NCBI RefSeq assembly: GCF_028705895.1
Contig: NZ_JAQWCQ010000014.1
Span: forward strand, 609 to 64,608
DNA length: 64,000 bases
Reading direction: 5' to 3'
Source of the DNA: Massilibacteroides sp.
GTDB taxonomy: Bacteria; Bacteroidota; Bacteroidia; Bacteroidales; Tannerellaceae
Position 1 is the stretch's first letter, and the number at the start of each line of letters is the position of its first letter. Positions 30,101 to 37,634 of the stretch are shown here, piece by piece. The notes under the pieces were generated by a model. It was not told the origin of the DNA and ran no database searches. It saw only the letters and a program-made list of their open reading frames with translations. Made by a program: the position numbers and the translations under genes.

Positions 30101-30180
30101 TCACTCCCGGCATCGAATGGAGAGAAAACTACTATCCGCGTACGCGTACATTCATGGTAGGAATGAAAGTTAACTTCTAA
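27121..30180 (+). CDS. SusC/RagA-family TonB-dependent transporter
   Basis: The ORF-track ORF starts at a TTG at 27013. ATG 27121 (MQKKLLSS...signal...ANSQ) is the more plausible start. It has a carboxypeptidase-regulatory-like domain ([18 protein letters not shown]), a plug ([51 protein letters not shown]) and a terminal F. Confidence 0.9.
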   Translation: [1019 protein letters not shown]

Positions 30181-30198
30181 AATTAAACAAAAAACAAG

Positions 30199-31815
30199 AT
30201 GAAGAATAATATCAAACTATTTATAGCAGCAGGCGTTTTTAGTCTGACTACCGGTTGCACGGATCTTGATGTTGATGTTAAGTCGAAGTACATAGAATAT
30301 CCATCAACCTCAGAAGTGGCAATTGAAGCAAAAATGGCAGATGTCTATTATGCATTCCGTGAGGCTCTCGGGGGGATTTATAATCGTACACAAACTTTGT
30401 CGTCTGATGAAGCTACAGGGATTAGTTTTGACGGAGACTACTACGATGGTGGTGTAAACAGCCATCCTTCACTGCATAACTTTATGGCGAATGATAACGG
30501 GCTGGCTTATTGGAGTGATCTGTCAAGTGGTATTACGAAATGTAATCAGATTATTGTTGACCTGGGTGGTGATGAGGCTGATCCTGCGAATATCGCTCCC
30601 GCAAGAGTTATGAGAGCTTTCTATCATTTTATTCTGATGGATAGTTTTGGTGACGTACCCGTGCTGGATGGAATTCCCGACGAAGATGAAGCTATAGAAC
30701 GTAAACCCCGTAAAGAAGTCGCTGAATTTATAGAAAATGAACTGATTGAATCTTTGCCGTACCTCTCTGATAAAAACAATGCAGCAACCTATGGTAAACC
30801 GAATCAATGGATGGCAAAGGCTTTATTGGTAAAACTTTACATCAATTGGACTGTATATACAAGTAGCGACGTTACGGCATATAGCCCAAGTACGGCTAAC
30901 GGAAAACTTAACGACTGTGTGAAGTATTGTGATGAAATTATTAAGAGTGGCCTCTTTGATCTGAGTGACAGTTTCCGTAAGAAATTCTTCCCGGATAATG
31001 GCGTGCATATCAAGGATTTTATTTATGCTATGCCCTTTGATAGCCGTTCAGCAAAGGGGATGTACTATGGTCGCTTTCGTACTTTTCGTCGTATTGATGA
31101 CGGTAATGGCGGATACTATGGAGGGAAAATGGGTAATTCGTGTGCAGGAAACTATGCCATGAACCCCGAATTTGCCGACTTATTCAGCCTGGAAGGAGAC
31201 GAACGAAACAATGCGGTGCTCGGTGGCGAAGTATATATATATGATGCTTCAACCTACGAACCCACAGCAGTTCCTTTTATTTACAAGGAAACATCTCCGT
31301 TAGTATTTTCCAAGACAATTACGCTAAAGGCTGAGAACGAGCAGCTCAATACAGGTGCCGACTTCAATGGATGGCGTCAGGGCTATCGTTCGATAAAGTT
31401 TTATCCGGATCCAACGGAATACAGAGAGTATAGCCGTAACCAAAGTAACGATGTGCCTGTCTTCCGTTTTGCAGATATTCTTCTGACTAAGGCAGAAGCC
31501 ATTCTGCGTGGAGCATCAGCAACCAACGGCGACACTCCCGAGTCTTTGTTTAATCAGATACGTGCGTACGTAAAGGCTCCTGCATTTGATGGTACGCTTA
31601 CATTTCAGGAACTTTTAGACGAACGCGGACGTGAATTCTTTGATGAAAACTGGCGTCGCAACGATATGATACGTTTCGGAACGTATGAAAACGAATATGG
31701 ATTTCATAAACAAGGATTTCCTACTGCACGCTTCGACAAAGAATGTCGCATACTACCCGTCCCCCAAAGCGTATTGGATGAGAACAAAAACTGGAAACAA
31801 AACCCCGGTTATTAA
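30199..31815 (+). CDS. SusD/RagB-family outer-membrane glycan-binding lipoprotein
   Basis: 538-aa ORF 18 nt after SusC with a lipoprotein signal (LTTGC). The SusD-like C-terminal region is ELLDERGREFFDENWRRNDMIRFG ... LPVPQSVLDENKNWKQNPGY. Confidence 0.9.
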   Translation: MKNNIKLFIAAGVFSLTTGCTDLDVDVKSKYIEYPSTSEVAIEAKMADVYYAFREALGGIYNRTQTLSSDEATGISFDGDYYDGGVNSHPSLHNFMANDNGLAYWSDLSSGITKCNQIIVDLGGDEADPANIAPARVMRAFYHFILMDSFGDVPVLDGIPDEDEAIERKPRKEVAEFIENELIESLPYLSDKNNAATYGKPNQWMAKALLVKLYINWTVYTSSDVTAYSPSTANGKLNDCVKYCDEIIKSGLFDLSDSFRKKFFPDNGVHIKDFIYAMPFDSRSAKGMYYGRFRTFRRIDDGNGGYYGGKMGNSCAGNYAMNPEFADLFSLEGDERNNAVLGGEVYIYDASTYEPTAVPFIYKETSPLVFSKTITLKAENEQLNTGADFNGWRQGYRSIKFYPDPTEYREYSRNQSNDVPVFRFADILLTKAEAILRGASATNGDTPESLFNQIRAYVKAPAFDGTLTFQELLDERGREFFDENWRRNDMIRFGTYENEYGFHKQGFPTARFDKECRILPVPQSVLDENKNWKQNPGY

Positions 31816-31871
31816 GCCCCAAAAAACGGCTTTTTTAGTTGTTGAAATTCAAATGAAATTGAGGACGAAAA

Positions 31872-31907
31872 ATATAAAGGATATTTTTGCAAAAATATCC
31901 TTTATAT
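31872..31907. repeat. Copy R2 of the palindromic repeat family (perfect 36-bp palindrome)
   Basis: The sequence is ATATAAAGGATATTTTT-GC-AAAAATATCCTTTATAT, with 17-bp perfectly complementary arms, 57 nt after the SusD stop. Confidence 0.85.
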
Positions 31908-32263
31908 GGATCAGTCCGAAACCCCGGTTGTTATTACACTTGGATTATGTCGTTTTTAATGGGATTACCTCGATAGGTTAAAACAAATCGTGGACAGCAA
32001 ATATAAAAAAGTGAAATAAAAAACAATATAATAGCAAAATTTGTCATTTTCAGACAAATTGTCGTCGGCCTCAACAGCGTTGTTTTAACGCGCTTTATTA
32101 AATAAAACGACAATATATATACCCGAAAAACAAACACCGAAAAACCACCCTTAAAACGAACGATACGGCATGCCCGTTTTTTTGAATTATCAAAATTGAA
32201 CAAAAAAAGGCAATGGATAAAATCTCCCTATTCTTTTTGGAAAAAGATTCTATTCTTTTTTTG

Positions 32264-32306
32264 AATATAAAGGATATTTTTCAGAAAATAACCTTTATAT
32301 TTTCGG
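32264..32306. repeat. Copy R3 of the palindromic repeat family
   Basis: The sequence is AATATAAAGGATATTTT-TCAG-AAAATAACCTTTATATT followed by TTTCGG. The stem has one A.A mismatch, and the right arm uses the GGTTAT/ATAACC variant also seen in R1. Confidence 0.75.
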
Positions 32307-32597
32307 TAAAAAACGGGCTATTTTAGTCTAAATACAATATTTATTGGTCTAAAACGATGCTATAAATCAAAAAACAAGGATGGACATTTTTTTACGCGTA
32401 AGTAAAAGGACGAAAAAAGTATCTATTTGTCAAAATAAAACAAAAAAATCAAAACTATTCGATTGATTTTAATGTATTGTAAATCAACAATATGAATGGG
32501 GTTGATTTTGTTGGAAGCCTCTGCTTAGCGTAGTCTCTAAAATGCCAGTTTGCAGTATAGACGTATCACGATGGATGATTACCATAACAACCCGATA

Positions 32598-32646
32598 TTT
32601 TGCCTGATCCTTTAATATTTCCGAAAATATCCTTTATATTTTTTTT
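32598..32646. repeat. Copy R4 of the repeat family (reverse orientation, truncated)
   Basis: The reverse complement (AAAAAAAATATAAAGGATATTTTCGGAAATATTAAAGGATCAGGCAAAATAT) aligns over ~45 nt with R1 14335..14384. The final arm is missing. It lies just 3' of the XRE gene stop (32673). Confidence 0.7.
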
Positions 32647-32672
32647 CTTATTACTATCCTTTAATTTTGACC

Positions 32673-33005
32673 TTACTTGTTAAGCAAATTAGTCCCTTCC
32701 TCACCAAATATAATTCGTAAAACTTCTTCTTCTTTTTTCCCGTTTAACTTAATTTGCAGAACTGTATCGGTAGAAACGTTCTCTTCTTTTTGAAGATGAT
32801 ATTTATCAGGATAAGTGATTATATCTATGACACTTACTTGTAAGACGTTTGCAATATGCAATAATGTGCGGTATTTTAATTCTCTTTCCCCAGACATTAT
32901 TAGGCTAAAACCTGCCTGTTTCATACCTATTTTTGAAGCGATGTATTCCTGAGAAAACCCCTTGTTACGCCTTATAATATCAATGTTTGTTAGTATTTTA
33001 TTCAT
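32673..33005 (-). CDS. XRE-family helix-turn-helix transcriptional regulator
   Basis: The ORF-track ORF is 32673..33038. The likely start is ATG 33005 (MNKILTNIDIIRRNKGFSQEYIASKIGMKQAGFSLIMSGERELKYRTLLHIANVLQVSV), a classical Cro/C1-type HTH. Confidence 0.7.
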   Translation of the reverse strand: MNKILTNIDIIRRNKGFSQEYIASKIGMKQAGFSLIMSGERELKYRTLLHIANVLQVSVIDIITYPDKYHLQKEENVSTDTVLQIKLNGKKEEEVLRIIFGEEGTNLLNK

Positions 33006-33084
33006 TAAAGCAAGAGCCAGTATGATTAGACTTTGCAATATATCAGTTGTATTTCATATCTGTTTTTTTATTTTGTAATAAAAA

Positions 33085-33127
33085 ATTACATTAACATTTG
33101 TTTGTATAACAAAATGTAATATATTTG
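33085..33127 (+). promoter_or_regulatory. Candidate Bacteroides-type promoter (TTTG-N19-TATATTTG) bracketed by an 8-bp inverted repeat
   Basis: The -33-like TTTG is at 33097..33100 and the -7 box TATATTTG (TAnnTTTG consensus) at 33120..33127, ~83 nt upstream of ATG 33210. The inverted repeat is ATTACATT (33085..33092) / AATGTAAT (33113..33120). Confidence 0.4.
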
Positions 33128-33209
33128 CGAATAAATGTATAAGAGACACCTTTCCTTCTGTTGAGAAGAGTGCGACTTTGTTAGCTTAAATTTATTAATA
33201 CTTATTGAT

Positions 33210-34406
33210 ATGGAAATGAAATTAACCACCCCAAAATTGCAGTTATCTGCAATGATGTTTGTGCAGTTTTTCATATGGGGAGCATGGTATGTTACTATGG
33301 GAACATATTTAGGCCAAACCTTGAATTTTACAGGTGTTCAGATCGGTCTTGCTTATGGTACAGCAGCTATTGCGTCAATGATCTCACCGTTTATAGTAGG
33401 GATGATAGCTGACCGTTTTTTTTCAGCAAACCATGTTATGGCATTCTTAAATCTGGTAGGTGCCGGTCTGCTGTTCTGGCTTACCCAAATCAAAGAATTT
33501 TCACTCTTTTTCCCCGTCTTGTTTATCTACACTATTTGCTACATGCCGACAACGGCGCTTTGTAACTCCATTTCTTTTGAAAACCTGAAAGATCCCGGAA
33601 AAGAATTTTCCCGAATCCGATTATTAGGCTCCATTGGCTGGATTGCTGCAGGCGTATTAGTTAGCGTACTAAATGTAGAACATCTATCTACCCCCTTCTT
33701 CGTTGCAGGGATTTCTTCAATAGGCGGTTTTGCGTTAGCGCTCATTCTGCCTTATAAGAAGCCGGAACGAAGCAAGGAGAAAGTTTCCTTTTTTAAAATG
33801 CTTGGTTTTGACGCTTTCAAATTAACGAAAGAACGTTCATTTTCCATGTTGCTTATTTTTTCTGCATTAACCTGTATCCCACTGGCATTCTACGATTCAT
33901 TTACAAACTTGTACTTAAATGATATTGGAATAAAGAATGCAGCCGCAGCAATGAGTCTGGGACAAATCGCAGAGATTTTTTTCTTATTTACTTTTCCTTT
34001 CTTTTTCTCAAAACTAAGGTATAAAGGCAGTATCGGCATCGCAATTTTTGTTTGGATGGCTTTATATGGCTTTTTCGCACTAGGCGCATCTACCGGAATG
34101 ACAGCGTTTATTTATGCAGCGCTTCCATTCCATGGCTTTTGTTTTACGTTCTTTTTTGTTTCCGGACAATTGTTTGTTGATGAAAAATCTCCATCCAATC
34201 TGCGTAATTCAGCACAAGGGCTTATAGCCTTTGCAACCTATGGGGTAGGAAAATATCTGGGAACTTTGGTTGCCGGAAATGTAGTTGACCGATATACCTC
34301 CAATGGTTCATACGAATGGGTATCTATCTGGATTGCTCCTTTGATTATGATCACTATTATATTCATTGGATTTATGATGTTTTTTAAAGAGAATAAAACA
34401 ACTTAG
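33210..34406 (+). CDS. MFS transporter of the nucleoside:H+ symporter (NupG/XapB/YegT, NHS) family
   Basis: 398-aa ORF that aligns by eye with E. coli NupG from the N-terminus (LQLSAMMFVQFFIWGAWYVTMGTYL vs LKILSFLQFCLWGSWLTTLGSYM) to the C-terminus. Confidence 0.8.
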   Translation: MEMKLTTPKLQLSAMMFVQFFIWGAWYVTMGTYLGQTLNFTGVQIGLAYGTAAIASMISPFIVGMIADRFFSANHVMAFLNLVGAGLLFWLTQIKEFSLFFPVLFIYTICYMPTTALCNSISFENLKDPGKEFSRIRLLGSIGWIAAGVLVSVLNVEHLSTPFFVAGISSIGGFALALILPYKKPERSKEKVSFFKMLGFDAFKLTKERSFSMLLIFSALTCIPLAFYDSFTNLYLNDIGIKNAAAAMSLGQIAEIFFLFTFPFFFSKLRYKGSIGIAIFVWMALYGFFALGASTGMTAFIYAALPFHGFCFTFFFVSGQLFVDEKSPSNLRNSAQGLIAFATYGVGKYLGTLVAGNVVDRYTSNGSYEWVSIWIAPLIMITIIFIGFMMFFKENKTT

Positions 34407-34529
34407 TATTAATTAAAAACATAATTGCTTATGACATAATTAGAAAACCACAATTATTAATCAAACATGGATACCTCAGAACTATCCAAAATTCAATAAG
34501 AGTTTAAAATCAAAATTTAATGAAAATCT

Positions 34530-37500
34530 ATGTTAACGAAACAAACAAAAAAGAATGGTAAAAGAACTGTTTCGTTCTTGTTTACCTTATTATTACTATT
34601 ATGTTGCGTACCCGGATTTGCCCAAAGTATTTCAATAAAAGGTACTGTTGTTGACGCTACAGGAGAACCGCTTATTGGCGTTAACGTTTCGGTAAAGGGA
34701 ACTACGATAGGTACGATCTCTGATTTAGATGGAAACTATACGCTTCAAGCGCCGAGTAGCACTTCCGTTATTGTATTCTCTTTTATTGGTTATAAAACGG
34801 AAGAAGTAACAGTCGGCTCTAATACTGTTATTGATATGACGTTGAAAGACGATACTCAATTGATTGATGAGGTCGTAGTCGTTGGTTATGGCGTGCAGAA
34901 GAAAGTGACTGTTACCGGAGCTGTAGCCAGTGTAGGAGGAGAGGAGCTCAAAGCTTCCCCAACCACAAACTTGTCAAATGCGATGGTTGGTCGTATGCCT
35001 GGTGTGATTGGTTGGCAACGCTCCGATGAGCCTGGCGGAGGCGGAACAACAATCCGTATTCGTGGTACAAATTCTTTGGGAAATAATGATCCGTTAGTTG
35101 TTATTGATGGTGTTCCGGGACGTACCGGCGGATTGAACCGTATAAACCCGAACGAAATCGAGTCTATGTCTGTCCTGAAAGATGCTGCAGCTGCAATTTA
35201 TGGTTCACGTGCTGCAAATGGTGTTATTCTTATTACTACAAAGCGAGGAAAGGAAGGAAAACCTACGGTTACCTACACCGGTAGTATGGGGTTTTCACAG
35301 CCAACACGTATTCCGGAATTAGCGAACGCTTTTGAATATGCTACTATGGTGAATGAAATTGATAAATACTCCGGACGTACTCCTCGTTATTCCGAAGAAG
35401 ATCTGCGTTTATATCAGGATGGTTCAGATCCTTGGGGACATCCGAATACAAACTGGTATGAAGAAACCGTTAAAGATTACTCTCCATTGTATCGTCATGA
35501 TTTGAGTATTTCAGGAGGAAGTGATCGATTTAAATTTTTTATGGCTTTGGCTGCCAATGGGGAAGATGGTATCTATAAGAAATCAGCAAACCGTTACGAC
35601 CAGTACAGCGTACGTGTTAATCTGGATATGAAAGTGAATGACTACTTGGATATAGCTTATGGTAGTGTGAACCGTTTACAGGTAACAAACTATCCGGCAC
35701 GTGGAGCTGGGGATATTTTTAGTTCTATGGTGCGAAGTAAACCTATTTTACCCGCTTACTGGCCTAGTGGTGAGCCTGGTCCGGATATTGAATATGGCGA
35801 CAACCCCGTAGTTCGTGCTACTCCTGCAACAGGTGAAGATATTTATAAAGAATATTTTATTCAGAACACCTTGAGGGCTACGTTGAAAGTTCCCGGAGTA
35901 GAAGGCTTGACACTTACCGGAACAGGTTCATACGACCAGCATTTTAAGAATCGCCGTCGTTTTGAAACGCCATTTACGCTTTATACATGGGATGGTAATC
36001 CGGAACATACGCTAACTCCGGCTTTAAAGGGTGTTTCTCAGCCTCAGCTGGAAGAAAGACGTGAAGAACAAAATGACTGGATGGCTAATTTGGTGGCTAC
36101 TTATGACCGTTCGTTTGGAGATCATAATTTCGGGGTTACTCTCGGTATCGAAGCGCAGGAGAACAACTGGCGGATGGTAAGGGCAACGCGTAAATACTTT
36201 ATCTCCGATGCTTTGGATGAAATCAATAATGGCTCTGTGACTGATATGGAAACAGAAGGTTACTCATGGAAGGAAAGCCGTATTAACTATTTCGGTCGTG
36301 CCAGCTATAACTATTTGGAAAAATATCTATTTGAATTTGTGTTCCGTTATGACGGATCTTATCGCTTCCCGAAAGAAAAGCGTTATGGTTTCTTTCCTGG
36401 TGTTTCTGCGGCATGGCGTGCCTCAGAAGAAGCATTTTGGCAGGAAAACCTCAGTTTTATCAATTACTTCAAACTGCGTGGATCTATATCACAAACAGGT
36501 AGTGACTATTTGGTTGATAGTGATGGGAATGTGGACAGAACGATTCAGTATCTAAATACTTACGGTTTTGGCACTGAATATATGTTTGGGACGACGTTCC
36601 AGAAAACATTGTATCCGACTCGTACGCCGAATCCCAATATTACATGGGAAGTGGGAACGACTTATGATATCGGCTTTGAATTCAAATTTCTCGATAACCG
36701 TTTAAGTCTCGAGTCTGACCTATTCTATCAGAAACGTACGAATATGTTGATCTATAGAAATGCGTCATTACCGGAAATATCCGGGATTTCGCTACCAAGA
36801 GAAAATATTGGTAAAATGGATAATAGAGGAATTGAGGCATTGGTTAACTGGAGCGACAGAGCCGGTAAAGTGGAGTATGATTTGTCTTTCAATATGACTT
36901 ATGCAAAGAATAAACTGTTATTCTGGGATGAAACTCCGGGTATTCCGGATTATCAGAAACGTACAGGCAAACGAGTAAATACAGAACTTTGGTACATTGC
37001 TGACGGGGTGTTTAATACGCAGGAAGAATTGGACAGTTATCCTCATTGGGCAAACGCCCGTACGGGAGATATAAAATATGTCGATGTCAATGATGACGGT
37101 GTTATAGATTCGGATGACCGTGTCCGTTCAAATAAAAACTCAGAACCACCTTTTGTGTTTGGTATTACTACGGCGCTTCGTTGGAATAATTTTGATTTCA
37201 AAGCTTTATTTCAAGGAGCTACGGGGGCTATTACCTATATTTGGCGTGAGAGAGCCGGAGAAGCTGGAAACTACTATAAATTTATGTACGATAATCGTTG
37301 GACGGAAGAAAACCCAATGGTAGAACATCCACGTGCATATAACCGTGAAAATGAATACTGGGCAAAGAATGGTACAGATCAAAAGAATACGTATTATCAG
37401 TTTAAAACGGATTATCTGCGTTTGAAAAATATTGAATTAGGATATACTTTTAATTTCCCAGCTATCCGTAATGCCGGAATTCAGGACTTGAGGTTATCTG

Positions 37501-37622
37501 TAACAGGAACGAACATCTTTACTATTGATGATGTGAAAGTGCAAGACCCGGAAGCGAACGATACCGGCCGTGAATATCCGCAGCGTCGTATCTGGAATCT
37601 CGGTGTTTCAGTAACATTCTAA
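34530..37622 (+). CDS. SusC/RagA-family TonB-dependent transporter
   Basis: 1030-aa ORF with signal peptide (GFAQS), N-domain [35 protein letters not shown], plug ([51 protein letters not shown]) and terminal F. Confidence 0.9.
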   Translation: [1030 protein letters not shown]

Positions 37623-37634
37623 ATTTAAGTGATT

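Noticed and set aside
31795-31940. A short duplication AAACCCCGGTT(A/G)TTA at the SusD stop (31800..31814) and again at 31919..31933.
   Set aside because: Only ~13 nt match, and the second copy does not continue a SusD-like reading frame. This is too short to call a gene-fragment remnant.
31685-32203. ORFs 31685..31981 (+, 98 aa) and 31934..32203 (-, 89 aa) in the large intergenic region.
   Set aside because: The first is out of frame within the SusD 3' end and runs through the palindromic repeat. The second is an AT-rich, Phe/Ile/Lys-rich translation with no motif. I treated the region as non-coding.
31872-32646. The possibility that the three repeat copies in 31.8-32.7 kb form a CRISPR array.
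   Set aside because: The copies are palindromic and differ in structure and orientation. They are separated by ~350 and ~290 bp of non-uniform sequence, and no cas genes are present. This is not CRISPR-like.
34415-34430. A 14-nt identity AAACATAATTGCTT downstream of the MFS gene (about 34416) and downstream of the receptor gene (about 52706).
   Set aside because: Several chance 14-mers are expected in 64 kb of AT-biased DNA. There is no extended similarity or structure around either copy.
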